This document shows, in pieces, positions 15,248 through 27,959 of a DNA stretch of 64,000 nucleotides. The first letter of the stretch is position 1, and the number at the start of each line of letters is the position of its first letter. The translations under genes were made by a program, and so were the position numbers. Location of the stretch: assembly GCF_009914755.1 (NCBI RefSeq), contig NC_060934.1. The stretch is one strand, 5' to 3'. A model generated the notes under the pieces. That model made no database searches. It was not told where the DNA came from and worked only from the letters and a program-made list of their open reading frames with translations. Source of the DNA: the human T2T-CHM13v2.0 reference genome, Homo sapiens.

Positions 15248-15973
15248 ACATGCATGTCTCTCTCTTTTGATTAGTCTTGCTAGGGTTATATCAATTGCAT
15301 TAATTTTTCTAGAGACCAGCTTGGACTTTCTTAATTTTCTCTATTGTCATGAATTTTCTATTTTATCTTTTTGCTTTCATCTTATTTACTTCATTTTCTG
15401 TATTTTACGTTTAAGTTGCCCATTTTTTTCTATATTCTTAAGGGGAAACTTAGTTCGCTAATTTTAAACAGTTCTATTTTTCCAAGATAATCATTTTAGT
15501 CTGTGAATTTTCTTCTAAACATTGTTTTATTCATATCCACCAATTTTTAAATATTGTGTCGTTATTTTTAGTGAGTTCAAAATATGTCTTAATTTTCTTA
15601 TATTTCTTTTCTGATACACATGTTATTTAGAAGGGTAATAATATGACAAAATATGTAATTTTTCTGGGTTTCTTACTTTTTTAAAAGTTTTATTATATTA
15701 GAATAAGAAAAGAAATCATAGGATTTTGAATTCTAAAAATTATTGAGATGAATTCAGTCATCATTATATCACTTTCTTTGTGCAGGTTCCATGTGTATTT
15801 GAAAGGGATGTTGCTGTTCATATTCTTTTACAGATTTTATATATTCCTAATGTTTTTTATTTAATATTTAAATCAGTGTTAAAAGAGGAGAGTTAATATC
15901 AACAACAATAAGTATAGACTTATCTCTCTTCTCTTTTGCTATTTTTGCTTCAGGCATTTAAAGTTTGCCTCTT

Positions 15974-16140
15974 CTTTTTTTTTTTTTTTTTAAGAGAAAA
16001 TTCTCACTCTGTCACCGAGGCTGGAGTTCAGTGGTGCAATCATAGCTCACTGTAGCCTCAAAATCCTGGGTTCAAGTGATCCTTCCACCTCAACCTCCCA
16101 AAGTGCTGGGATTACAGGTGTGAGCCACTGTGCTTAGACT
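15974..16140 (-). mobile_element. Alu monomer (FLAM_C-like) with TSD
   Basis: Poly-T plus a single Alu arm; TSD aag(t/c)ttgcctctt at 15961-15973 and 16142-16154. Confidence 0.88.
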
Positions 16141-17359
16141 GAAGCTTGCCTCTTTTATTATTGTGTAGTATCTTTTTAAAGTCTGAAAGTACTTCTTTTT
16201 TGAAGTTTATTTCATTTAATATTAATCTAGCCACTCAAATTTTATTATGCATACATTTTTATAGTGCATCTTTTTCCTCTTTTACTTTGAACTTTTCTGG
16301 CCTGTATCATTAAACCATATCTCCTCTCCTCTGTTGAGAATATGTTGTTGAAGGACTTTGCTTTTTTTTTAATCTTATCTGAAAAATTCTCTCTATTTGC
16401 CTTTTTAGTACATTTACACTTAATATAATTATATATATGTTTAGTCTAGGTCCATAATTTTGCTACTTGTTTGCTTAATACTTTTGTAGGTAAGGTCTCT
16501 GGTGTTTATGTGAAACCATTTGACCCCTGCCACTCTGAGTTACCATCATCCTCATTGAATTCAGGAAGCCAAATTCAATAGCAACATCTCCCACTGTCAT
16601 TTTTGGCTTAGGTAATAGCCACTATAGACCCACAAAAATTAAGCAAAAGAATGACAGTACTCACCTCACTAATGTACTTTTAAAGTCTTGATGAAAAAAG
16701 TGTCTCCTACACCATCGTGTGAGACACAGGGAGTAAATGAGCAGGTCTAACATAATATTTCAGTCTAGCATTTCAACTTCCTTTAAATTGGATACTTGTC
16801 TGTACTAGACTAAGCAAATTTTCGTATTTTCTCTTCAATAATTGTAGGCCACTTTTAAGTTCATGTTTCAGCCAACTAACAAAGCATACTTTTAAAGCCA
16901 GTATCAATTTATACAATCAATTAAGAATCTCTGCTTAGAGTACCCAAGTCAACAAATTCATCCCATGATAACTACATTTCTTCTACCTTTACTCTATGTC
17001 CTTAGAATTGTTTTCCAGACACCTTCTTTAGATTTGTATAAATATAAATTAGATAAATTTTGCGAAACATTGGGCAGAGGAAATTATGGCATGCACTTAT
17101 GAGTCACACTTTGTTCTTGACTCTCAGGATCTGTTTGGAATTAAACCTGTTTATAAATCTAAGAGCAAGACCTCTGGTAGAAGTCTTTGGCGTAGGTGTT
17201 AAGAAATATCACTAGTTTCCTTTAAGACAAACTTAGAAGAGACCATTTGCTTTCTTGTCAAAGGAGTGTTGATGGGGTGAGGGGCTGCTGTTTCTATAGG
17301 CAAAGACAGCTCAGCAATATTTGGAAGATCAAAGTTCTTAGCATAAAAATCTGCCCAGA

Positions 17360-17624
17360 AGCTGGGTGCAGATGTTCACACCTGTAATCCCAGCACTTTG
17401 AAAGGCTGAGGCAGGAAGATTGCTTGAGACCAGGAGTTTGAAACCAGCCTGGGTGACAAAGAGAGACCCTGATTCTACATAAAATAAAATTACCTGGGTG
17501 TGGAGGTACACACCTGTAGTTTCAGATATTTAGGAGGCTAAGGTGGGAGGATCGCTTAAGCCCAGGAAGTTGAGGCTGCAGTGAGCTGTGATGGCACACT
17601 GCACTCTAGCCTGGGTGACAGAGC
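17360..17624 (+). mobile_element. AluJ, lacking a poly-A tail
   Basis: 'gaagattgcttgagaccaggagtttg', 'ggaggatcgcttaagcccaggaagttgaggctgcagtgagc'. Confidence 0.9.
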
Positions 17625-18104
17625 CCCAATACTTTATAATCAATGCCCTAACTTTACCAAAAGAGACCTTCAAAGATTGTGAATTCATTTACATTGCAAT
17701 CCACCCACCCACAGGTTTAACCTTTGTGTGTGCTTTTTAGAAACTGCAATCCTGTTGCTAATAGAGATAGGACATTTTTTTTTTTTCTGGTTTGCTGCCT
17801 AGAACTTGAGTTAAAAAGTCTTGAGCTCAAAATTTTCTTTCAGCACATTTTTCAGTAATGTAGAGGCAAACAAACAATCCACAGTTCCAATACTCCATTT
17901 CCATAAAATGTCCTATGGCATTAAATATTTGGCCATTCAAAGCTTTATTGACACTTAATTCCTGGTGACCACAGATGACAGTTTAAATAAGTGCTTGCCA
18001 TAGCATGGCATGGGCTGCCAATGCATTTACTACCAGCATCAGGGTTATTAATGCCTCTAGATCTAGTCAGAAAAGAGAACCAATCCAGATTTGTATCTCT
18101 AAGA

Positions 18105-19017
18105 TGTTGATGAAAAAACTCAAACATTGTAAAACATTTCAAGAGGCTTTCTGAGCCAAATGTGAGGACCACGACCTGTGTGTGACACAGCCTCAGGAGG
18201 TCCTAAGAGCATGTGCTCAAGATGGTTTGTTTACAGCTTGATTTTATACATTTTAGGGAGACTGAAGTTACAGGAAAAGACATAAATCAATACATGTAAG
18301 GTATACGTTGGTTCAGCCCAGAAACACAGGATATCTCAAAATAGGAGCTTCCAGGTTATATGTGGATGCAAAAATTTCCTGACTGACAATTGGTTGAAAG
18401 AATTAAGCTTTGCCAAAAAAGTTAAAGTCAGCAGAAAGAAATGCTTGGGATTAAGATAAGGGGGGTTGTGGTAGCCAAGATTCTTGTTACACAGATGAAG
18501 CCTCCAGGTAGCAGGCTTCAGAGAGAATAGATTGTAAATGTCACTTACCAGAGCTTAAAAGGTATCAGACTCTTAGTTAAATCTTTCCTGCATCAGGAAA
18601 CGATCTGGAAAGAGAAAGGGGTTCTCTATAGAATATAAATTTTCCCCACAAGAGATGGCTTTGCAAGATTATTCTAAAATATGTCAAATAAATATATTTT
18701 GGGGTAAAATACTTTGATTTCCTTTAGGGCATGTTACCTGTCATGTGATGTTATTCCAGAGTTAGGTTGGAATTGGTATCTTATTGCTACAAAGAGTCTG
18801 TTCTCTCAGTCTTAGGATCAATGTTAATGCTGGTCAGTTTTATCTAAAAAACAAAAAGGAGAGGGTATAATGAAACTTGTCTCAGGCCATCTTCCCATCA
18901 TGGTCTGAATTAATTTTTCAGGTTTCTTTGGAATCCTGAAAGAAATCCCCCCTTTGGCTGAGGGGGAGGGGTACATTCTGTCAGTTGGGGGGCTTAGAAT
19001 TTTATTTTTGGTTTACA
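18105..19017 (-). mobile_element. Solo ERV1 LTR, MER4D-type
   Basis: TG...CA termini (tgttgatg ... ggtttaca); minus strand starts tgtaaaccaaaaataaaattctaagccccccaactgac, the MER4 5' end; 4-bp TSD aaga/aagg. Confidence 0.88.
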
Positions 19018-19479
19018 AAGGTTCTGTCTCTCTCAAACGCCTTCTGCTACTAATAAATGAATCAAGTAGAGATCAGAGAATCAAAGCCACTATAAGTGCT
19101 ATGGGATAAGAGAACTATCATAGGAATTAGATCTTACAAAATTTTGAGAGGAGGTGGGGCAATGATAGTCTAGAAGGCAGAGTTGAGGGATCAGAGGAAT
19201 AAGACATGAATCAGTCCTCCTGAAGCATTGATGTGAGGAGGTAAGTTAGAGCCTGAGAGAATCAAAGAAGCCACATGTGACCAGCTGCCAGTGGGGGATG
19301 ATGAGGGGATGATGCGTAGGTGATGATGGGAAGTGAGTTCCTATGTAACTATTGCCTGTATGCATCTGCAACTAGGCATCTGGTAATAGACTGGGACCAT
19401 CTGCTGGTGGGCCTTTGTGCCTGCTTGACTTATAGCTTATGGAGAAACTGAACCTGTGTGACCATTGAAGCTAGATCAC

Positions 19480-20044
19480 AAATTCAATACAGCTCCTGCC
19501 TGGCTCTCAGAACGCTTGCCCTTAGAATCCAGCCACTATGCTATGAAGTCCAGACCATATGGAGACCAACTAAAGTCCCTGGCCCTCCAGCACAGCAGGG
19601 ATCCCAGTCAATAGCCAGCACCAACTCACCAGTCATGTGCATGAGCCATCCTGGAAGCAGATCCTCTAGCTTCAGTCAAACCTTCCCCACTGACATTAAG
19701 TGGAGAAGCAATGAGCTTTCCCCACCAAGCCATACCCAAGTTGCCAATTTGTGAACAAAATAAATGTTCATTGTTGTTGTAAGCCAAGGATTAACAAACT
19801 TTCCCTGCAAAGGCCAAATAGCAAATTTTCCAAGCTTTGCAGGCCACATGCTGGCTCTGTTGTATTTTTTTTTTTTTTACAAAAGTTCAAGAATAGTAAA
19901 AAAACAACAAAATATTCCTAGCATATTGACACACAAAAACAGGATGTAGGCTGGATTTGGGCCATGAGCAATAGTTTACTACATCCTATTTCAGGCCACT
20001 AAGTTTTACAGTGATCTGTTACATAGCACTAAACTATCAGAGCA
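19480..20044 (+). mobile_element. MaLR LTR (MLT1F/G-like), split by MER58
   Basis: 'agccatcctggaagcagatcctctagc', 'aaataaatg...ttgtaagcc' resuming as 'gccactaagtttt...gttacatagca'. Confidence 0.75.
19787..19988 (+). mobile_element. MER58 hAT-Charlie DNA transposon nested in MLT1
   Basis: 'caaactttccctgcaaaggccaaatagcaaattttccaagctttgcaggccac' ... 'ggctggatttgggccatgagcaatagttt'. Confidence 0.78.
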
Positions 20045-20339
20045 ATCAGTTAAATAAATTGCACAAAGCTGAATTTGGAAAATTAGGAGAAAAATGAGAA
20101 TCAAGGAATCACATATGTCTGTCTGTGTGTGTATGCATGTGTTTATTTGTATACATTCATACACAAAGTACATTTCATAAGAATTCTTATAATAGCTTTA
20201 TTGGCTTAAACATAGAAGATCAGATACCAAACATAAATGGAACAGCAATATATAAAAGCCCCCATTACATATATCTTATTAAAGGGAAGGGAACAAATAT
20301 GTATTAAAAACCTCCCATTTTCCAGGATCTCTGTGGTAC

Positions 20340-20525
20340 CATGGAATGCATTATTTTATTCCTCTTCAAATAGTCTTATGAAGGAGGTATTGTTATCCCT
20401 GTTTTACTAATAATGAAACTCATTTGGACAAGTCAAATAATTTTCTCAAGGTCCCATGATTATTCCTTGATTAGTAATAAGCAGAGCTTGAATTCAAACT
20501 TAGTTCTATCTACCAAATTCTAAAG
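20340..20525 (-). mobile_element. MIR SINE
   Basis: 'gtattgttatccctgttttactaataatgaaact...gcagagcttgaattcaaact'. Confidence 0.7.
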
Positions 20526-20826
20526 TCTGTCTATGTCTTTAAGGATTAGCTGAAGTGGATCTTAAATAAAATCACTTCAGCTAAAGTATCTTTCTCACTT
20601 TGCCTGTTAGTTATACGGAGGAAGGAAGTGAGACACTGAGAGTTCCTTAGAATCAGAGCATGATATAACTGGCATTAAGGCTTAATTCCTTCTGCACATA
20701 ACTATCTTATGTCTATATTTGGCTAATTTTCAGCTGTACTGTATTTAATACATACATTTATATGTAATACATTTTTATGTAATAAGGGATCTAAAAGTTT
20801 AGATACTACTGTTAGATTTCATTCAT

Positions 20827-20975
20827 GAGCCAATTTGTCTTCAGAATGTATGGACAAAATAAAAAAAATTTCAGCAAATAAATAAGATATACAATAGTCT
20901 CGAGCCAATTTGTCTTCAGAATGTATGGACAAAATAAAAAAATTTCAGCAAATAAATAAGATATACAATAGTCTC
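20827..20975. repeat. Tandem duplication, 2 x ~75 bp
   Basis: 20827-20901 and 20902-20975 are identical except for one A in an A-run. Confidence 0.97.
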
Positions 20976-21607
20976 CCTTATTCATAGTTTTATTTTCCAC
21001 AGTTTTAGTTACTGGTGGTCAACAAAGAATGGAAAATATTACATCACTACCATTGAACTTTGGGGCCATTATTAGGTAAAATACGTGTTACTTGAACAAG
21101 CACTGTGATACTGCCACCATTGATCTGATAACTGAGACGGTTACTAAGTGACTAACAGCAATCCAGGCAGGACAGACAGGATGGTGTTGGTGTCATATTT
21201 CATTATGCTACTCAGAAGGGTGCACAATTTAAAACTTATAAATTCTCTATTTCCGGAATTCTTTTATTTACATCATAATACCTACATCATTCACCTCCCT
21301 TCATCTCATCACATAGGCATTATATCATCTCACATCATTACAAGAAGAAGGATAAGTACTGTATAATCAGATAATTTCAGAGAGACACAGACCACATGCT
21401 CATTTTATTACAGCATATTGTTATAGTTGTTCCGTTTTATTAACAGATACTGTTAATCTCTTAATGTGCCTAATTAATAAATTAAACTTCATCATAAGTA
21501 TGTATGTATAAAACAAAAGTATAACATATATATGGCTTGGTGCTATCTGTGATTTCAGGCATCAACTGGGACTTTGGAACACATCCCCTAGGATCAGAAG
21601 ACTTCCG
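20966..21607 (+). mobile_element. MER44 (Tigger7-derived) DNA transposon
   Basis: Starts ta|caatagtctcccttattcatagttttattttccacagttttagttac; ends ggcatcaactgggactttggaacacatcccctaggat...g|ta. Confidence 0.82.
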
Positions 21608-22289
21608 TATCTGTGTGTATTCTTGTTGAGTGACAGAAAAAAAGAGTTGTTTCATATGCATTAACTTGGAAGCATAGAAGACACCCTAAAAGATAATGTT
21701 GTTTTGAGCTGGCATAGTCTGCAGGAATCAGTGTTCTTTTTGGGCTATATTTTTGTGATACATTTAACTCATGCTAAGCACCATAAAATTTTATGGCCCA
21801 GAGACTGACAGCCAATTCCTCTTGGGAATGTATCCATCCACCCTCTATGGCTGATTCTTTCTGATCTCTAAGCCTGCTCTGAGGCACTCACTCAGGAAAA
21901 CTTTTATCAAGTGTTCATAAAAACCTGAGATCGACCTCTCGCTGCAGATTAGAATATCATCAGAAGATTTCTGTAAGCCATGGAAGGCTTTTCTCTTCCT
22001 CAGCGGAGAGAAGATGAATGGTTTTACAAATCCCTGAGGAGACTCTGTGGAGCTATAGACAAAGATGGAAGATCTTCCCATTGAAGCCGCAGGGCTCCAT
22101 CTTAGCTCTGGCATTATAACGCAAAGTCTGGAAAGAACAAAGTCAAGAAGCATGCGTTTAGTACAGTATCCCTTTATTTGGTAGGCCAGTGTGCTGGAAT
22201 TTTCATCAATACCCAATTGTCTTCTCCTGGCCACATACCGGGTGATAGGATGATAGAAAACAAACAAAATGAAGCAAAGTCACATAAGT

Positions 22290-22570
22290 ACTTCTGGCCA
22301 ATGAAATGTGAGCCTAGGCAGGTACTAGCTGGTGTATTTTTTTTCATGTTCCTTTTCTCTGCGGCAGGGATTGCAGAAGCTTGTGTTTAGACGGAGACGC
22401 TGCAAGATCAAAGCATCTTGAAATGTATGTACCATGTGAAAGACAGAAACTCTGGAATGCCTCTCAGACCTGCAGCAGAGTTTGAGTACAAGGGAAGAAA
22501 GCTGTTATTGCATCAAGCCACCCAAATATGTGGTTTTGTTCCTGTAGCATAATCTATCCTGATTAATATA
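22290..22570 (+). mobile_element. Old MaLR LTR fragment (MLT1I/J-like)
   Basis: 'ttctggccaatgaaatgtgag' ... 'gtagcataatctatcctgattaatata'. Confidence 0.6.
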
Positions 22571-23429
22571 TGTAGCAACTTCATGGTGCTATATTTATCA
22601 AGATTCTCCTGCTTCTAATGAATCTATCCAACGGATCTGCTTTTTACAGTTGGTACTTCAGAATCGTGGAGCAAAAATAGATAATTTCATTGTAAACCCC
22701 ATCAGCCTCATCATCTTCATGGATCTTTGTAAATACCATTTGTTTACCAGGTAGAGACCAATTATCAGCTAAAACGGAGGACCAACCTGTTCAATTTCCA
22801 AAGGTATAAGCAATATTGTTTGTTAAATATCCCTTTCTTAATCAATTTTGGAAAGGCTTACCTTATCATGTATCAAGAATTTTGGTTTTTTTTAAATCAA
22901 TTCTCAGTTTTCTACCACTGTTTTATACATTTCAGATTCAGTAACATCGGCCTCCTTCAATTGTCACTATTATTGATAAAATACCCTTCTTTATCTCTCA
23001 TTACTTTTGTCCCAAATTAATTTTAGAATTATTTAATTCAAAACTATATTGGGATTTAAGTTGCAGTTGTGCTAATTTTATAAGGTAAATTAGAAATATT
23101 AAACATTTATATAATATTTAGCTGAAATATTCAAGTATGTGGTTTGTCTCCATCAATTCTGCCTCTTTATTTATCCCAATAAAATGTTATAGTTCCATTT
23201 ACAAAGATCTAGTGTACCTCATATTAGGTTTAGCCCTAATTATTTTAGATAATTTAATTTTATTATAAATGGAATCTTCATTATTGTTGTTGCTGGTTTA
23301 ATGGGATGCTTTTATCTTTGTTATATCTATTTTATTTTGGCTCCTTTATTAAAGTCATAAACTTGAATGCAAATCAAACATTTTAATTAAGCTAAATCCC
23401 TACTAGATTGGTGGAATCCAACCCCATGA

Positions 23430-24065
23430 ACTTACTATTACAAATGCTCATAGCAGCGGTATTTGTAATAGTACAAAACTGGAAACGATTCAAACGTAAA
23501 TCAAAAGAGAAATAAATAATTAGCATATTCATACAATGGAATACTGCAATTGACAAAGAGAAGTAACTAGTTATCACTCAACTACATGTTGAGTGAAAGA
23601 TGCTGAATAATAAAAGATCCTTTATGAGTCTACTCACATGAAGGTCAAAAACAGGCAAAGCTAATCTAGGCCGATAGAAATCAAAATATTGGTTATCTGC
23701 AAAGAAGTCTTGACTGAGAAGGGACAAAAGGAGATTTCTGGGTAGATGGAAATGTTCTGTATCTTGAGTTGAATAATGTTTACATGGGTGTATGCATATA
23801 AGCTATACATTTTTGTCCATTTTGCTATATGAAAGTTATACCTAATTAAAACACATATACACACAACCTGCAGAACTAATCTAATGGTGATACAATTAAA
23901 AAGAGGATGGCATTTACTGGGAAGGGCATTTACTGGGAAGTTACTGGGAAGGAAACTTCTGGGGTGGTGATCTGGCTGTTGGATATTTGAGAGTCATTAC
24001 GGGTAAAAGCTGGACATAGCAGTTTTGTATACTCATGTATTTTTTATCTCAATGAAAGCATCTTT
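23430..24065 (+). mobile_element. L1ME-type 3' end fragments
   Basis: 'caaatgctcatagcagcggtatttgtaatagtacaaaactggaaac', 'gatggaaatgttctgtatcttga'. Confidence 0.7.
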
Positions 24066-25354
24066 AAGTTAACAAATTATTTTGAATTAATCCTTTTGAA
24101 TTTTCCTGGTGTACAATAATAATACTCTGTATTAGTTTTAATTTTATTTATATACTTAATTCTATTTACCAGAAATTTTTAAATACTGCCTTTTGTTTCA
24201 TTTGTAAAGGCACATATCTACCAATATTGACCATAAAATAACTTTCGATAGAAAATGTATAATTTGTTATATTAAACAATATTCCTCTTTAACAAAGAAT
24301 ATTGTAACAAACTTAAAAGGCAAATGAACAACTAGGATTTCATATTTGTACCATTTAATATCATCAAAATAGTATAGAGCTTAGAAGTCAGTATAAAATG
24401 AACAAAACATCTTAATGAGAAATGTCTTGAAAGTGTCATTTATTAAAAGCTTCAAATATTCGACTGAAATATTACAAATGTGTTCATATAATCTCACTAA
24501 TAACCCAAGAAACAAATTCAAATAGGAAATTGTTTTACCTGTTAAATTGATTATAGCTAATTAGTTAATGGTCCAGGCTCTGGAGTTATACTGACTCACT
24601 CCTTGCTATGACTCAATGTCTTTATAGATATGAACTGGGGAAATAACACTGATAACATATAGTATTTATGTAAGGACTTCGTTAATATTCATAATGCCCC
24701 TGTTGACTTGCCTGGCATATAATCTGTGCTTAACAAATGCCAACTGTTGTTGTTATCATCGTGATTCTTATTTTTGGAAAAAATGAGAAAATTGATATTA
24801 TTCTGTAATGACAAAGATAGGAAAACAGTGACAGTGAGTAAAATTGTTACATTCATTCTGGAGGGCCAGTTTGTGAATATGTATCAGCATTTTAAATGTG
24901 CACACCTTGAAACTCAGGAACTTTAATTCTACAGATTCACCTTTCTTAAAAAAAAAAGACAGTCCTTTTTTAAAGAGAAAACATACAAAGATATGTCCAT
25001 TGCAGCATTTTTATAAAACAAACAAAAAAATCATAAATACCCTAAAGAACACCACTACTTCTCTATTCTTCTTAGCCACATGAGATCTTCTAAAGATTCT
25101 TGAATATACCAGCTATGTTCCTGACTTAGGGCCTTTGTCCTGGCCATTCCCTCAGTCTAGAAAATTATTTCCCCCAAATCTACATCTCATTCTCTCTCCT
25201 CTTTGTTGCATTTCCTTACATATCACATTATCAGTGAGGCCTTCTCTGGGAAAATACTGGTGATCATCTTGGCATTGTGTGTTTCTTTATAATTTTCTTG
25301 AAGGAAAAAGGAAGTCAGCTAGCTTCTATGCTGCCATTTTGGAACTAGAAGTCT

Positions 25355-27430
25355 CTTATTGTTGAGTTTTAAGAGTTCTTTGTGTATTTTGGATAACAGT
25401 TCTTTATCAGATGTGTCTTTTGCAAATATTTTCTCTGTTGATGACTTGTCTTCTAATTCTCTTGACTTTGTCCTTCACAGAGGGGACTTCCAAAAAATTT
25501 AATGAAGTCCAGCTTATCAAATCTTTCTTCCATAGATCATACCTTTGGTGTTATATCTAAAAATGTATCACCATACCCTCGGACTTGTAGGGTTTGTCCT
25601 GTTATTTCCCAGGAGTTTTATAGTTTCAAATTTTACATTTAGGTCTATAACACTTTATGAATTCATTTTTATGAAGAATGTACATTTGTGTCTAGATTTT
25701 TTTCTGGAGTGTGGTGTACAGATGTTCTGGTACCATTTATTGAAAACAGTATCTTTGCTCGATTGTACTGTCTTTGTTTCTTTGTCAAAGTTTAGACCCT
25801 ACATTATGTGGGTCTATTTCTAGGCTCTATTCTGTTCTATTGATCTATTTGTCTAGTTGTTCAACAATAACACCACCTTAATTACTGTAGCTTTATAAAA
25901 ACTCTTGATGTAGAGTAGCATCAGCCCTCAAACTTTGTTATTCTTCAGTATTGAGTTGATTATTCTGGATATTTTGCCTCTGTTTAAACTTTAGAATCCA
26001 CTGTCAACATCCACAAAATAGCTTGATGGGATTTTGGTTGGAACTGTATTGAATCTATAAATCAAGTTGGAAAGACTGACATATTGACCATAATGAGTCT
26101 ACCTATCCATAAACATAGAATTTCATCCCATATATTTGGTTCTTCTTTGATACCTTTTATCAGATATCAGATTTTTTAGTTTTTCTCATGTAAATCCTAT
26201 AATATTTTGTTAGATTTATACCTAAGTATTTAATGTTTAGGGATGCTGATCTAAATGGTAATGTGTTTTTACTTTCAAATTCTATTCATTTATCATTGGT
26301 GTACAGGGAAATAATTAACATTTTGTATATTACCCTGGTATCCTGCAATCTTACTATAACTGCTTATTAGTACCAGAAATTTGTTGTTTGTTTATTTTTT
26401 GTCAGTTCTTTTGGATTTTCTGTACAGATGATCATTTTCTATACACATTTTAATGTATGTCATCTGTTAATAAAAACAGTTTTATGTTATTTTTCCCAAT
26501 CTGAAAGCCTTTATTTACCTTTCTTGTCTTAGGCATTAGTCAGGATTTTTAGCATGACTTTGAAATCCACTGGTGAGAGGGACATCTTTGCCTTGTTCTG
26601 ATCTTAGCAGTAAAGCTTCCAGTTTCTTAACATTAAGTATGATGTTAACTGTGGGGTTTTTGTAGATGTTTATCAAGTTGATGAAGTTCCTATCTATTCC
26701 TAGTTAGATGAGAGTTTTTTATCATGAATGCATTTTGGATTTTGTCAAATGTTTTTCATCTAGTGATATGAGCATGATTATTCTTTAGTCTGCTGATATG
26801 ATGGATTACATTAATTATGCTAATTGATTTTTCTAATGTTGAACCAGCCTTACATACCTGGATAAATCACACCGAGTCATGGTGTGTACACTTTTTATAG
26901 CTTAAAGTATTCAGTTTGCTAATATTTTGATGAGGATTTTTGTATCTATGTTCATGAGCGACATTGGTCTGTAGTTTTCTTTTCTTGTAATGTCTTTGGT
27001 TTTAGTGTTAGGGTAATGTGAACCACACAGATTCAGTTAGGAAGTAGCCCTCTGCTTCTATGTTCTGGGAAATGTTATGGAGAATTGGTAAAAAGGCTTT
27101 CTTAAATGTTTGGTAGAATTCCCAGTAATCCCATGTGAGCCTGGTGTGTACTCTGTGGCTGAAGGTTATTAATAGTTATAGGCCTATTAGAATTGTTTAT
27201 TTGTTCTTATCTGAGTTTTGGCAGATTGTATCTTTCAAGGAGTTGGTCCATTTCATTTAGTTTATCTAACTGGTGAGCATATAATTGTATAAAATATTCC
27301 TTTATTATTATTTTAATGTCCATCGTGTCTGTAATAATGCCTCCTCTTTCATTTCTGATTATTTTAATTTGTCTTCTCTTTTTTTCTTAGTCTGGCTGTA
27401 GACTTATTGATTTTATTGGTCTCACTTTTT
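25355..27430 (-). mobile_element. L1MC-type ORF2 segment (~2 kb)
   Basis: 'ttgttgagttttaagagttctttgtgtattttggataacagttctttatcagatgtgtcttttgcaaatattttctc', 'ggtgagagggacatctttgccttgttc'. Confidence 0.88.
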
Positions 27431-27464
27431 TTCTGGACCTAAGAAGAGCTGATGATTTTTCAGT

Positions 27465-27782
27465 TTTTAAATTTTGTAAAATTGATATATAATGGATGTA
27501 CATATTTGGAAGGTACATGTGATAATTTCATATGTTCATATAATTTGTAATTCAGTGTAATTGAAAAACCCATTGCCTTAAATATTTGTCTTTTTTACGC
27601 TAGAAACATTCAAATTACTCTCTTCTAGCTATTTCAAAATATAAAATAGATTACAATAAACTATAGTCACCCTACTGATCTATTGAACACTGGGTTTTAC
27701 TGCTTTTATCTAACTGCATGTTTATAATCAGCCTCTCTTCATCTCCCTCTTTCCCCATCCTTACCAGCCTCTGGTAACCACT
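27465..27782 (-). mobile_element. L1MA 3' end inserted into L1MC
   Basis: 'gtacatatttggaaggtacatgtgataattt...ctatagtcaccctactg...ccagcctctggtaacca'. Confidence 0.8.
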
Positions 27783-27959
27783 TTTGAACTCCTTACATAC
27801 TGGACTGAAAACCAGAAGTTTGCTATTTAATTTTCTGCTTTCTTTTTATTCTGTCTTTATTTCTCCATTTTATTTTCTCGTTTTCTGCGGGTTACTTGAA
27901 CTTTTTTAAAATTCCATTTTGATGTAACTATAACTTTTTGGTAATTCAGTGGCTTTTAT

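Larger units (their letters stand above)
15010..16480 (-). mobile_element. Old L1M ORF2 fragment, interrupted by (TG)n and a FLAM
   Basis: 'tctgtaggatctctaatggtagccccttttttcatttctgatattgataatt', 'ttagtcttgctagggttatatcaatt'. Confidence 0.75.
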
